The notes below the pieces were generated by a model. It saw only the letters and a program-made list of their open reading frames with translations. It had not been told where the DNA came from and did no database searches. Position numbers and translations under genes: made by a program. Below are positions 11,218 to 23,043 of a DNA stretch of 64,000 nt, in pieces (the first letter of the stretch is position 1; the number at the start of each line of letters is the position of its first letter). The stretch lies in assembly GCA_050916045.1 (NCBI GenBank), contig CP051526.1, forward strand, positions 1,792,001-1,856,000, given 5' to 3'. The DNA is from Tepidisphaera sp. GTDB taxonomy: Bacteria; Planctomycetota; Phycisphaerae; Phycisphaerales; UBA1924.

Positions 11218-11221
<4 letters not shown>
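7433..11221 (+). CDS. actB: Alternative complex III ActB (molybdopterin-oxidoreductase-like domain plus Fe-S domain, Tat lipoprotein)
   Basis: REFP...[17 protein letters not shown]...[56 protein letters not shown]; start could be further upstream (7346). Confidence 0.92.
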
Positions 11222-12789
<1,568 letters not shown>

Positions 12790-12792
12790 CCC

Positions 12793-13380
12793 ATGAACAC
12801 GACGCACGCGAAACAGTTCGTGACGGAGAAGGGTGAGCCGGTCTTCGGCATCATGGCGGAGTTTGCGACGCCCGCGGACGTTTACCACGCGGCGGAGATG
12901 ATCCGCGACGCGGGGTACACCAAGTGGGACCTGTACTCGCCGTTCCCGATCCACGGGATCGACGAAGCGATGGGTATCCCGCGGACCAAGCTCCCGTTGA
13001 TCGTCGGCGCCGCCGCGATCGTCGGCGTCACATGCGGATACCTGCTCCAGTGGTACGGGTCCAACGTCGGCTACAAGCTGGTGACGCAGGGCAAGCCCTA
13101 CGGCAGCCTGACGGAGGGCGGCTGGGAGTCCTTCGTGCCGATCATGTTCGAGGTGGGCGTCCTCTTCTCGGCGTTCGCGTCGCTGATCGGGATGCTGGCG
13201 CTCAACGGCCTGCCGCGTCACCACCACCCGCTGATGAAGAAGGAAGCGTTCCTTCGCACGAGCGACGACAAGTTCGTCGTGTGCATCGAGGCGGGGGACC
13301 CCAAGTTCGACCCTGACGCGGTGAAAGCCCTGCTCAAGAAGGCGCACGGGTACAACATCGATCTGGTCGAGAACGAGTGA
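12793..13380 (+). CDS. actD: Alternative complex III ActD (DUF3341)
   Basis: YSPFPIHGIDEAMG, GKP, FVPIMFE motifs; operon position. Confidence 0.9.
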   Translation: MNTTHAKQFVTEKGEPVFGIMAEFATPADVYHAAEMIRDAGYTKWDLYSPFPIHGIDEAMGIPRTKLPLIVGAAAIVGVTCGYLLQWYGSNVGYKLVTQGKPYGSLTEGGWESFVPIMFEVGVLFSAFASLIGMLALNGLPRHHHPLMKKEAFLRTSDDKFVVCIEAGDPKFDPDAVKALLKKAHGYNIDLVENE

Positions 13381-13433
13381 TCGCGGAGCGGAAGCGGTAC
13401 TGATCGGGTGTGGCGGAAGACTGTGAGTGAAGC

Positions 13434-14309
13434 ATGATGAACACGAAGCACATCTCAACGCTCGTGCTTGCCCTGACGGGGTCGGCGGCGGTCGTGTCGG
13501 GCCTGGGCGGGTGTCAGGGTGACCGCAGCGAGAAACCGCCGCGGCAGTTCTTCCCCGACATGGACGATTCGCCGAAGCACAAGCCGCAGGTGAAGACGGA
13601 CTTCTTCGAGGACGGTCGGTCCATGCGGCCGCAGGTGCCGCACACCGTCGCGTTCGGGCGGCACAACGTGAGCCGCGAGCTCCTGGTCGGCAAGCCCGAC
13701 TGGTTCGCGAAGTTCCACGGCCAGCGTCAGGACCTGCTCCGCGATGAGTGGGAGCTCTACAAGGGCGCGGTGCCCAAGATGGACCCGTCGGGCGCGATCG
13801 TGTTCGACGCGACGGGGAAGGTCTTCGACAAGGTCGTCGACCGCATCCCGGTGAGGGTCGATGAGGATCTGCTCCGCCGCGGCGAAGAGCGGTTCAACAT
13901 CTACTGCGCGGTCTGCCACGGGTACGAGGGCGACGGCAAGGGTCTTGTCGGCGATGCGGCCCGGTCCACGGGCTGGGTCGGCGGCGCCCGCAACCTGCAC
14001 GACGCGGCGTACCGCGATCCGACCGGCCTCAAGGGCAAGGACGGATACCTGTACTACGTGGTCCGCAACGGGTACGTGGACGGCAGCAAGAACGAGAAGA
14101 TGCCCGGGTACGGACACGCGCTGTCCGCGCGGGACTCGTGGGCGGTGGTGGCGTGGCTCCGGGTGCTCCAGGAGACGCGTGCGGTGCCGATGAACGAGGT
14201 GCCGAAGGAAGAACAGGACAAGTTGAACGCGAGCCGCCCCGCGGCGCCCGCGACGTCGGCCCCCGCGGCCGCGGCCGGCGCCAGCGGGAACACGGGAGGC
14301 AATAAATGA
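13434..14309 (+). CDS. actE: Alternative complex III ActE monoheme cytochrome c lipoprotein
   Basis: Lipobox LGGC, FPDMDDSPK, FFEDGRSMR, CAVCH, axial-Met MPGY. Confidence 0.9.
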   Translation: MMNTKHISTLVLALTGSAAVVSGLGGCQGDRSEKPPRQFFPDMDDSPKHKPQVKTDFFEDGRSMRPQVPHTVAFGRHNVSRELLVGKPDWFAKFHGQRQDLLRDEWELYKGAVPKMDPSGAIVFDATGKVFDKVVDRIPVRVDEDLLRRGEERFNIYCAVCHGYEGDGKGLVGDAARSTGWVGGARNLHDAAYRDPTGLKGKDGYLYYVVRNGYVDGSKNEKMPGYGHALSARDSWAVVAWLRVLQETRAVPMNEVPKEEQDKLNASRPAAPATSAPAAAAGASGNTGGNK

Positions 14310-15616
14310 GCCAGCTCTCTGCCGACGATATCCGCTCGGGGCGGTCGCCCTGGGCTTCCAAGTTCCCGGCGATGCGTCCGGAGAACATCACGCTCGCGCC
14401 CGGCTCGGGCGCGATGATGTCGGGCGTCTTCGTCGTCCTCGGCCTTATCGGCGTGGTCGTCGCGTTCCTGCTTCCCAAGATGATGGGCGGGAACGTGGTG
14501 ATGAAGCACGCCCTGTCGAGCGTGCACGTGGGCGCGATGACGGTGCTCGCCGCGAGCCTGGGCGGCCTCTTCTTCTGCATGGTCTTCCATCTCGTCAACG
14601 CGGGGTGGTCGGGCACGGTCCGCAGGCAGTTCGAGAACCTCGCGACCCTCGTCTGGGTTCCGCTGGTTTTCCTCGCGATCACGCTCGGCTGGTCGGTGGT
14701 TCAGAAGGGTGAAACCAGCGTCACGCTCTTCCCCTGGATGGGCATGGATGCGGACCAGGTGTACCTGCTCGGCAAGAAAGCCGGGTACCTCAACATCCCG
14801 TTCTTCCTCGGCCGGGCGGTGATCTTCGGCCTCGCGTGGATTCTGCTGGCGCAACTGATGGCCAACGCGAGCCGCAAAATGGATGAGACGGGCGACAAGC
14901 GGTACGCGGCGTCGGCCCGCACGCTTTCGGCCCCGGGCATGGTGGTCTTCGCCCTGACGATCGCGTTCGCGGCCTTCGACTGGCTGAAGAGCATGGACTA
15001 CACGTTCTTCAGCACCATGTGGGGCGTGTACTACTTCGCCGGCGCCGCGTTCACCGCGACGACCGTCGTGATCATGATCCATGCCGTGCTCCGCATCCGC
15101 GGCAAGAACGAAGGCGTCGTGACGGAGGAGCACTTCCATGACATGGGCAAGCTCTGCTTCACCTTCACGTGCTTCTGGGCGTACATCTCGTTCTTCCAGT
15201 ACTTCCTGATCTGGTACGCCAACATTCCGGAAGAGACGGCGTTCTACATCTACCGCAAGCAGGGCGGCTGGGAGCACGTCTTCACGCTGCTGGCGTTCGG
15301 CCACTTCGTGGTGCCCTTCGTCATCATGATCTTCCGCCCGTTCAAGAAGAACCACAAAGCCATGCTCCTGATGGGCGCCTGGCTCGTGTTCATGCAGATC
15401 ATGGACATCGTCTTCATCGTGCGTCCGGCGGTGTACGCCGGGCAGCCTCCGGCGAACATCCCCGGCACAGCGCCGTGGCTGATCGACCTGGCCGGCACGG
15501 GCGGCGTGATCCTTGTGTTCCTTGGCCTCCTGATTCGGAAGGTCGCTTCGGGACCGCTGGTCCCGCTTCAGGATCCCCGGATGCACGAGGCTCTGAAGCA
15601 CAAGAACTACGTCTAG
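14306..15616 (+). CDS. actF: Alternative complex III ActF membrane subunit
   Basis: AGWSGTVRR, AFDWLKSMD, FFSTMWG, EHFHDMGKL, FWAYISFFQYFLIWYANIPEE. Confidence 0.9.
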   Translation: MSQLSADDIRSGRSPWASKFPAMRPENITLAPGSGAMMSGVFVVLGLIGVVVAFLLPKMMGGNVVMKHALSSVHVGAMTVLAASLGGLFFCMVFHLVNAGWSGTVRRQFENLATLVWVPLVFLAITLGWSVVQKGETSVTLFPWMGMDADQVYLLGKKAGYLNIPFFLGRAVIFGLAWILLAQLMANASRKMDETGDKRYAASARTLSAPGMVVFALTIAFAAFDWLKSMDYTFFSTMWGVYYFAGAAFTATTVVIMIHAVLRIRGKNEGVVTEEHFHDMGKLCFTFTCFWAYISFFQYFLIWYANIPEETAFYIYRKQGGWEHVFTLLAFGHFVVPFVIMIFRPFKKNHKAMLLMGAWLVFMQIMDIVFIVRPAVYAGQPPANIPGTAPWLIDLAGTGGVILVFLGLLIRKVASGPLVPLQDPRMHEALKHKNYV

Positions 15617-15638
15617 TACGAACAGAGAACGAACGAGC

Positions 15639-15663
15639 ATGGTTGTTGTCTGACAGTAACCAT
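15639..15663 (+). other. Intergenic palindrome / RNA hairpin between actF and the downstream genes
   Basis: ATGGTTGTTGTC-T-GACAGTAACCAT; both mismatches are G-U wobbles on the + strand. Confidence 0.5.
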
Positions 15664-15736
15664 TCTTGCGGGACAGGACGAAGAGCTAGGGGAACGCCTA
15701 GTATTGAGGGCAAGGGCCCACAGACGCGAGGTAGTC

Positions 15737-16141
15737 ATGAGCGGGCATCACGGACATGCTGGAGAACAGGTCGGCCACCATGGGCATGAGCACGCGGACG
15801 CGTGGCACCACCATGACGCATCCGAGGGGCTGCCGCAGGAAGAGCACGCCGGCACGACATCCATCTCGGCGATGGCGAAGGGCCTGGTCCTGATCATCGT
15901 CGCGACGGTCGGTCTGGTCGCGGTGACCATGCTCTACATGAACCACCACATGGACAAGCTGCGTCGCGAGCGAGTCAACGTCGACCTTTCGTCCGAGTAT
16001 GTCGGGTACAAGGCGGCTTCGACCAAGCGCCTCGAGGGATTTGGCTGGGTGGACGCTTCCACGGTGCATGTTCCGGTCAAGATGGCACAAGACCGCGTCC
16101 TCAAGCGGTACGGCGGCGAAGTGAAGGGTGAAACGAAGTAA
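15737..16141 (+). CDS. Small single-TM protein with His-rich N-terminus, ActG-like by position
   Basis: GAGG RBS; one TM helix; C-terminal LEGFGWVD...VHVPVKMA motif; lies between actF and SCO. Confidence 0.7.
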   Translation: MSGHHGHAGEQVGHHGHEHADAWHHHDASEGLPQEEHAGTTSISAMAKGLVLIIVATVGLVAVTMLYMNHHMDKLRRERVNVDLSSEYVGYKAASTKRLEGFGWVDASTVHVPVKMAQDRVLKRYGGEVKGETK

Positions 16142-17207
16142 TCACGCGGAGGCTGAGAGCGGAATGCTGAACGTTCGCGACATCACGAAGCTCATCGGTC
16201 GGGCGATCCCGGCGGTTGCTCTCGTCGCGCTGGCCCACGCGGGCCTCGCGGGTGTCTCGTTCGCTCAGGCTTCCGGCCCCGAAGCTTCAGGCCCTGAAGC
16301 TTCGGCTCCGGAGTCTTCGGCGAACGATCTTCGGGACATCACGCGGGTGAAGCCCAGCGAGCTTGGCTTGAAGGTGGACGAGAAGCTCGGCGTGCCGCTT
16401 CCGATGGAGCTGACGTTCACGAACGCGGAGGGAGAGCGTCGCCGGCTTGGCGAGTTCTTCACGCGGACGGGTCCAAGCGGCGAGAAGATCGAAGGCAAGC
16501 CCGCGATCGTGGCGCTCGTGTACTACCGCTGCCCCGTCGTTTGCTCGGCTTTGCTCAAGACGGTGAACGAGTGCGTTCGCGACATCAAGGGGTTGGAAGC
16601 CGGGAAAGAGTTCAACGTCCTGACCTTCAGCTTCGATCCGCGCGACGACAAGTTCGCGGCGATGAACCAGAAGAAAGCGTCGCTCCTTGGGTACGGCCGC
16701 GGCGACCAGGGCACGGTCTCGGAGGGGTGGCAGTTCTTCCTCCATGAAGAGGGGACGACGCGGCAGCTCGCGAACTCGCTGGGCTTCCAGTATTCGCCGA
16801 TCAACGGCGGGCAGGATTTCGCGCACCCGGTGGTCTTCTTCATGGTGACGCCGGACGGGAAGATCTCCCGCTACCTGTACGGGTTCGGGCACACGGCTCT
16901 GCAGCTTCGCCTTGCGATTTTGGACGCGGGTCAGGGCACGATCACGAACACGCTCGAAGATCAGTTCCTGACGTTCTGCTACATGTTCGACCCCAAGATG
17001 GGGATGTACACGCTGAGTGCGTTCCGGGTGATGCAGCTCGGGGGCATCTTGACGATGCTCGGGCTCGGCGGGCTGATCGGTGTGCTTCTGTTCGCCGAGC
17101 GACTCAAGAAACGTCGGCTGCTGGCGGCCGGTGTGGCGGTGCCCGGTTCCTCCTTTCGCACGAACGCCGGGCCCGTTGCCGGTTCAATCCACGGATCCAT
17201 TCCATGA
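16128..17207 (+). CDS. SCO/SenC family copper chaperone
   Basis: YYRCPVVC (CxxxC), SFDPRD, AHP, TPDGKISRYLYG; C-terminal TM. Confidence 0.88.
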   Translation: MKRSNHAEAESGMLNVRDITKLIGRAIPAVALVALAHAGLAGVSFAQASGPEASGPEASAPESSANDLRDITRVKPSELGLKVDEKLGVPLPMELTFTNAEGERRRLGEFFTRTGPSGEKIEGKPAIVALVYYRCPVVCSALLKTVNECVRDIKGLEAGKEFNVLTFSFDPRDDKFAAMNQKKASLLGYGRGDQGTVSEGWQFFLHEEGTTRQLANSLGFQYSPINGGQDFAHPVVFFMVTPDGKISRYLYGFGHTALQLRLAILDAGQGTITNTLEDQFLTFCYMFDPKMGMYTLSAFRVMQLGGILTMLGLGGLIGVLLFAERLKKRRLLAAGVAVPGSSFRTNAGPVAGSIHGSIP

Positions 17208-18439
17208 TGACGGTGAATGACATGATGATGCCGAATCAGATCCTCGCGGACGCGTCGACGTGGCCGTTCTTCAACTTCTGGTTCCGCAGCGCCAGCGGTT
17301 CGACGTACGGCGACGAATCGGACGTCGCGTTCATGTTCATCCTGTACACGGCGATCTTCTGGTTCGTCCTGCTTATGGGCCTGATGTTCTACTTCGTCTG
17401 GAAGTACCGCCGTCGGCCGGGCCTGCCCGCGCCGGTGAGCCCGGCCCACAACACGAACATCGAGATCGCGTGGACCGTCGGGCCCTCGCTGCTGCTCGTG
17501 GTCATGTTCGTGCTCGGGTTCAAGGGTTATAGCGACATGCTGGTCCCCAAGGGCGGCGGCATGGACATCGACCTGATCGGCCAGAAGTGGTCGTGGACGA
17601 TGAACTACCCGACTGGCGCGAGCGCGACGCACGCGACGGACCCCAACGTGCTTTCGAGCAAGCCGGTGCCGATCTACTTTGTTCCGGAATCGACGCCGGT
17701 GCGGCTGAAGATGATCAGCAAGGACGTCATGCACAGCTTCTGGGTGCCGGACTTCCGCGCGAAGATCGACGTGATGCCGAACCGGTACACGAAGTACTGG
17801 TTCGAGTCGGCGAAGATCCCCGCGAATGCGAAGACGATGCTGAAGGACGCGAATCCGGCGTGGTCGTTCCTTGACGGCACGCCGTATGTCGACCACTGGG
17901 TCTTCTGCGCCGAGTACTGCGGCGATTTCCACTCCGAGATGGCGGCGATCATCCGGGTCATCCCGAAGGACAAGTTCGAGGAGTGGGTTGCGAAATCCGA
18001 CGCGGCGGAAGCCCCGGCGGCCCGCGGCAAGAAGCTCTGGGAACGCAACTGCATCTCCTGCCACTCGATCGACGGCACGCGGGGCACCGGCCCCTCGTGG
18101 AAGAACATCTACCGCGGCACGCACACGATGAGCGGCGGCAAGCAGGTCGTGGCCGACGACGACTACATCCGCGAGTCGATCTGGTATCCGCAAGCCAAGA
18201 CCGTCGCGGGCTACGAGGGCGTCGCGATGACGTCCTACCTGGGCGTGCTGGATGACAAAGCCATCAACTCGCTCATCGCCTTCATGAAGTCCGAATGGGT
18301 CGCCGACAACTGGCAGCAGATCGGCGGCGTGAACAAGAAGTTCGAGGGCGGCATCGCTCCGGCGGATGCGAAGCCCGCGGACGTCAAGCCGGCGGATGCG
18401 GCGGCCCCGGCCGCGGCGCCCGCTGAACAGAAGAAGTGA
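17204..18439 (+). CDS. coxB: Cytochrome c oxidase subunit II with fused cytochrome c (caa3 type)
   Basis: EIAWTV, DVMHSF, CuA motif CAEYCGDFHSEM, C-terminal CISCH heme c. Confidence 0.95.
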   Translation: MMTVNDMMMPNQILADASTWPFFNFWFRSASGSTYGDESDVAFMFILYTAIFWFVLLMGLMFYFVWKYRRRPGLPAPVSPAHNTNIEIAWTVGPSLLLVVMFVLGFKGYSDMLVPKGGGMDIDLIGQKWSWTMNYPTGASATHATDPNVLSSKPVPIYFVPESTPVRLKMISKDVMHSFWVPDFRAKIDVMPNRYTKYWFESAKIPANAKTMLKDANPAWSFLDGTPYVDHWVFCAEYCGDFHSEMAAIIRVIPKDKFEEWVAKSDAAEAPAARGKKLWERNCISCHSIDGTRGTGPSWKNIYRGTHTMSGGKQVVADDDYIRESIWYPQAKTVAGYEGVAMTSYLGVLDDKAINSLIAFMKSEWVADNWQQIGGVNKKFEGGIAPADAKPADVKPADAAAPAAAPAEQKK

Positions 18440-18490
18440 CGAACACGCTCCCGAATACCCGAAAACCCCTCCTGAGACAGGGCTAGACCC

Positions 18491-20320
18491 ATGACCACGA
18501 TCAATCCAAATGTCGGAGCTCACGACCACCCGCACGGCGGGCACGGCCACGAGCACCACGGTTCGTACCTTGAGGGCAAGGGCGGCGCCTGGGCCACCAT
18601 CAAGGACTGGGCGACCACCGTGGACCACAAAAAGCTGGGCGTGATGTACCTCACGGCCATTCTGGTCCTGTTCTTCGTGGGCGGCGTTACGGCGCTGGCT
18701 CTGCGTCTTGAGCTTCTCTCGCCGCCGCGGTCGGTGATGAACGCCGCGGGCGAGGTGGTGGGGACGAGCGGCCTGTTCTTTGACCCGGGCGTCAAGGACG
18801 AGAAGACCGGCCAGATGGTGTCGGACATCACCAAGTCCAACAACTTCTACAACCGCCTGTTCACGATGCACGGCGCCATCATGGTGTTCATGGTGATCGT
18901 GCCGGGCATTCCGGCGTCGCTGGGCAACTTCTTCCTGCCGCTGATGATCGGAGCCAAGGACGTCGCGTTCCCGAGGCTGAATCTGCTCTCGTGGTACGTG
19001 TACCTGCTGGGGTCGATCTTCGGCGTGCTGGCGATCATCTACCACGGTGTGGACACCGGGTGGACCTTCTACACACCGTACTCGACAACAACCGATGCCG
19101 GGCACTGGCGCGTGGTGTACATGATCACCGCGGCGTTCATCCTCGGATTCAGCTCGATTCTGACGGGCCTGAACTTCGTGGTGACGGTGCACAAGCTCCG
19201 CGCCCCGGGCGTGGGCTGGTGGGATATGCCGCTCTTCGTCTGGGCGGTCTACGCCACGGCGATCATCCAGGTCCTCGCGACGCCGGTCATCGGCATCACG
19301 CTGGCGCTGCTCCTGTTCGAGCGTTTCTTCCGCGTGGGCATCTTTGATCCGGCTCTGGGCGGGGATCCGGTGCTCTATCAGCACTTCTTCTGGTTCTACA
19401 GCCACCCGGTGGTGTACGTGATGATTCTGCCGGGTATGGGTGTGATTTCGGACGTGATCGCGGTGCACAGCCGGAAGCCGATCTTCGGCTACCGCGCGAT
19501 CGCGTTCGCTTCGCTCGGCATCGCGGGTGTGGCGTTCATCGTCTGGGGCCACCACATGTTCGCGAGCATGTCCGAGATCGGCTCGGTCGTGTTCTCCGCT
19601 CTGACGTTCCTCGTCGCGATCCCGACGGCGGTCAAGATCTTCAACTGGATCGCGACGCTCTACAAGGGCTCGATCGCTCTGACGACGCCGATGATCTACG
19701 CGTTGATCTTCCTGTTCCTGTTCGCGATCGGCGGCCTGACTGGCCTTCCGCTTGCGACGCTCTCGACGGACCTGCACCTGCACGACACCTACTTCGTCGT
19801 GGCGCACTTCCACTACGTGATGATGGGCGGGACGATCATCGGGCTGATGGCCGGCCTGCACCACTGGTGGCCGAAGATGTTCGGCAAGATGTACAGCGAG
19901 CGCTGGGCCAACGTGGGCGCGCTGCTGGTGTTCGTCGGGTTCAACGTCACGTTCTTCACGCAGTTCTTCCTGGGCACGCAGGGCATGCCGCGGCGCTACG
20001 CCGGGTATCCCGATGAGTTCCAGACGCTCCACTTCATCTCCACGGTCGGGTCTTGGTTCCTCTTCGCGGGGTTCCTGACGCACCTGGCGGTCTTCCTGCA
20101 CTCGCTCGCGGCGGGTGAGAAGGCGAAGGAGAACCCGTGGGGCGCGATGACGCTCGAGTGGGAAGCCGACAGCCCTCCCACGGAGCACAACTTCGACCAT
20201 GAGCCCATGGCCAAGCACGGCCCCTACGACTTTGACACCGCCGTGCCGCCCAAGTGGGACGCCAAGGACTGGCCGCTTCCGGATCCGGCCGAGGTCGCCC
20301 GGGTTCGCGGGGCGCACTAA
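18491..20320 (+). CDS. ctaD: Cytochrome c oxidase subunit I, type A2
   Basis: [20 protein letters not shown] (YS motif of A2), [23 protein letters not shown]. Confidence 0.97.
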   Translation: MTTINPNVGAHDHPHGGHGHEHHGSYLEGKGGAWATIKDWATTVDHKKLGVMYLTAILVLFFVGGVTALALRLELLSPPRSVMNAAGEVVGTSGLFFDPGVKDEKTGQMVSDITKSNNFYNRLFTMHGAIMVFMVIVPGIPASLGNFFLPLMIGAKDVAFPRLNLLSWYVYLLGSIFGVLAIIYHGVDTGWTFYTPYSTTTDAGHWRVVYMITAAFILGFSSILTGLNFVVTVHKLRAPGVGWWDMPLFVWAVYATAIIQVLATPVIGITLALLLFERFFRVGIFDPALGGDPVLYQHFFWFYSHPVVYVMILPGMGVISDVIAVHSRKPIFGYRAIAFASLGIAGVAFIVWGHHMFASMSEIGSVVFSALTFLVAIPTAVKIFNWIATLYKGSIALTTPMIYALIFLFLFAIGGLTGLPLATLSTDLHLHDTYFVVAHFHYVMMGGTIIGLMAGLHHWWPKMFGKMYSERWANVGALLVFVGFNVTFFTQFFLGTQGMPRRYAGYPDEFQTLHFISTVGSWFLFAGFLTHLAVFLHSLAAGEKAKENPWGAMTLEWEADSPPTEHNFDHEPMAKHGPYDFDTAVPPKWDAKDWPLPDPAEVARVRGAH

Positions 20321-20391
20321 GCAAGATCGCCGGACGGAATGCACGGTCGGGTTGGTAGCACGAGATCAAACACACCCCCTCTGGAGGGTTC

Positions 20392-21108
20392 ATGAGCACG
20401 GTTGACATTCATTCACACGGCGGAACGGGGCAGGACGTGCCCGGCGCGGACGGGCACGACCCCTCGGCCGGATACGTGAAGTACAAGCACGGGCACCACT
20501 TCCGCACGCAGGACGAAGAGTTTGACGCCTGCAAGACCGGCATGTGGCTGTTCCTAGCCACCGAGGTGCTTCTCTTCGCCGGTCTGTTCTGCGCGTACGT
20601 CTACTTCCGGTCCAAGTACCCGGAAGCGTTCGTGAACGGGTCTCACTTCCTTGATTGGCGGTGGGGTGCGTTCAACACGATCGTGCTGCTGATCTCGTCG
20701 TACACCGCCGCGTCGGCGGTCCGCAATGCTCAGCTCAATCAGCAGTCGGCCCTCCGCCGCAACCTGCTGATCACCATCGTGTGCGGCCTCGCGTTCGTGG
20801 CGATCAAGTTCATCTTCGAGTACGCGCCCAAGTGGGCGGTCGGCAAGCGTCCCGGCAGCCTCTTCAGCTATCCCTTCTCAGAGAACCCGGCCGAGCCGAT
20901 GTGGTGGTCGGTCTACTACTGCGCGACGGGGATCCACGCACTGCACGTCATCATCGGAGCGGGGCTGCTGCTCTGGTGCTATGTCCGTTCGCTGAAGAAG
21001 CAGTACGGCCCGACGCACTACACGATGGTCGAGAACTCGGCGCTGTACTGGCACCTTGTCGACCTGATCTGGATCTTCCTCTTCCCGCTCCTGTACCTCA
21101 TCCACTGA
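20392..21108 (+). CDS. ctaE: Cytochrome c oxidase subunit III
   Basis: [48 protein letters not shown]. Confidence 0.93.
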   Translation: MSTVDIHSHGGTGQDVPGADGHDPSAGYVKYKHGHHFRTQDEEFDACKTGMWLFLATEVLLFAGLFCAYVYFRSKYPEAFVNGSHFLDWRWGAFNTIVLLISSYTAASAVRNAQLNQQSALRRNLLITIVCGLAFVAIKFIFEYAPKWAVGKRPGSLFSYPFSENPAEPMWWSVYYCATGIHALHVIIGAGLLLWCYVRSLKKQYGPTHYTMVENSALYWHLVDLIWIFLFPLLYLIH

Positions 21109-21189
21109 TTCGAGCGATCGCCGCTCCAAGGCGTTTCGAAACCGATCGGACGCGACTTCACCACAGCCCAACGACCGCGAGACCACTCC

Positions 21190-22206
21190 ATGGCCCACGC
21201 ACCTGCCCACACCCTCAACGAGCTTGACCCGCACGGCGGCACGCCGCACGAGCACCATGTGACCTCGGCGTTCACGCTCAAGCTCATCCTCGGACTGCTC
21301 CTCTTCTTCACGATCCTGACCGTCGGTCAGGCCCAGGCGGAGCAGTGGATCGCGCACACGTTCTCGATCACCCTTCCCGGATGGCTGAACGTCGCGGTGG
21401 TCATGGCGATCGCGACGGTGAAGGCGACGCTGGTGCTGCTCTACTTCATGCACCTGCGGCACGACAACCCGATCAACGCCGTGATCTTCGGGTTCACGGT
21501 GCTCGGGGTGGCGATCTTCATGTTCTTCACCTTCCTCGACATCGGCAACCGCGGGTACATCGACCAGACCAAGTTCGGAGCCGTCGTGAAGGGCGGATCC
21601 GGTTCGGGCCTCGACGTTCAGCGTGCGTACCCGGCCTACGCGGGCGTCTCCGGTGACTTCAAGATGCCGGTGTTCGCCGGCCTCCCTCCCTACGTCGGCG
21701 CGGTCGATTCGCGGATCCTCGAGCTTCAGCTCAAGCACGCGGCCAAGGTCCATCCGGAGATGCTGAACGCCAAGAGGGCGGAGCTCACGGCCAAGCCGAA
21801 CGATGCGGTCGCTTCGCTGATCGAGAATCAGGCCCGCAACGGCAACACGATCTCCATCGAGGAAGCCATCGCGAAGGTCGCCTTCGACGACACGTTCCCC
21901 AAAGCCTGCGAGCTCGTCGCGGCGGATGTCGCCAAGGACATGATCGCGGAGTTCGAGTACCACCTGCACCACGGCAAGATCCCGCACGCCGACGTGCTCA
22001 AGCGCCTTCAGGAGAAGCTCGGCCCGGCGGCTTTCGCGACGATCACCGAGATCGCCCAGGCGCACGAGCTTGCGGAAGAGAACCCCGGCCTGGCCGGAAC
22101 CGACCGGATGAGCAGCAAGAACTTCAGCCGCGCGAAAAAGGGCCAGACCTCGGGCCTGTTCGAAGCCGCCGCGCCCAAGCCCGAAGCGGGCCACGGCGGG
22201 CACTGA
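21190..22206 (+). CDS. Cytochrome c oxidase subunit IV family protein with long C-terminal extension
   Basis: LLFFTILTV...IATVKATLVLLYFMHLRHD motif in the first ~120 aa, followed by ~215 hydrophilic residues. Confidence 0.85.
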   Translation: MAHAPAHTLNELDPHGGTPHEHHVTSAFTLKLILGLLLFFTILTVGQAQAEQWIAHTFSITLPGWLNVAVVMAIATVKATLVLLYFMHLRHDNPINAVIFGFTVLGVAIFMFFTFLDIGNRGYIDQTKFGAVVKGGSGSGLDVQRAYPAYAGVSGDFKMPVFAGLPPYVGAVDSRILELQLKHAAKVHPEMLNAKRAELTAKPNDAVASLIENQARNGNTISIEEAIAKVAFDDTFPKACELVAADVAKDMIAEFEYHLHHGKIPHADVLKRLQEKLGPAAFATITEIAQAHELAEENPGLAGTDRMSSKNFSRAKKGQTSGLFEAAAPKPEAGHGGH

Positions 22207-22257
22207 ATCGCCCCAGCCACGAACGCGGACGTGGGGGCGTGAAAGGTTGAACGTCCC

Positions 22258-23043
22258 ATGACTCGAAAGACCTACGCCCTCATCGCGGCCATGTCTGCGT
22301 TGGTGCTCGTGGCGAGTGTGTCCGTGCTCGCGTCCAAACTCGTCACGTTCTACAAAGAGCATCCAACCAAGCACTGGATCTTCCAGGAGCTTGACAGCCG
22401 CGCGTTCACCTACGCCGGTCGCACCGTCACGCTGACGGACGAGAAGGACGAAGCGGGCACGCGTTTCCTCAACCTCTCCTACGGCGATGAGAAGCTCCGT
22501 CTCCGCGTGACGATCCCGCACAGGCAGTTCGAAGCTCTGGCGTCGCAGGGGCTCGCCGCCCACCGCGACTGGCTGCGGGTCCTCCGCTTCGCCGAGGTGT
22601 CCGGCATGGACGCCGATGACGCGGTGGGCGAGATGCGTAAGGGCAACATCACCGATCGTCTCGCCATCGTGACGCGCTCGCCGCGTGCGGGCGTCGATCC
22701 CAGCACGTGGGGCGAGTCCTGGCGAAAGGACTGGTCCTTCGAGTTCTTTGAGTTCCTTCCCGCCGGCGGCTTTGAGCGCAAGCGGCTTCACTATCCCACG
22801 AACAAACGCGGCGAACCGGCCAAGCCCGGCGAGCTCGTCGAAGGGACCTGGGAGTTCGACGCCGCCCTGCTTGCAATGCCCAAGTCCGGCGTCCCGAACC
22901 AGCAGTTCATCAACACCGGCTTCAAAGCCATGGGCTGGACGTTCCCCGCGGCGTGCTTGTCGTCGGTCGCCTTCGTCGTTTCGCTGGTCATGGCGGCGTA
23001 TCGGCCCCGTCCCAGGCTCCTGCCGGCTCCCCGCCCAGCGTGA
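22258..23043 (+). CDS. Hypothetical protein with N- and C-terminal TM helices, last gene of the respiratory operon
   Basis: Co-directional, 51 bp after subunit IV; hydrophobic ends; codon usage similar to neighbours. Confidence 0.7.
   Translation: MTRKTYALIAAMSALVLVASVSVLASKLVTFYKEHPTKHWIFQELDSRAFTYAGRTVTLTDEKDEAGTRFLNLSYGDEKLRLRVTIPHRQFEALASQGLAAHRDWLRVLRFAEVSGMDADDAVGEMRKGNITDRLAIVTRSPRAGVDPSTWGESWRKDWSFEFFEFLPAGGFERKRLHYPTNKRGEPAKPGELVEGTWEFDAALLAMPKSGVPNQQFINTGFKAMGWTFPAACLSSVAFVVSLVMAAYRPRPRLLPAPRPA

Noticed and set aside
16268..16320. 15-bp repeats encoding ASGPE in SCO (similarly KPADA in CoxB near 18360-18400)
   Set aside because: Ordinary low-complexity linker expansions
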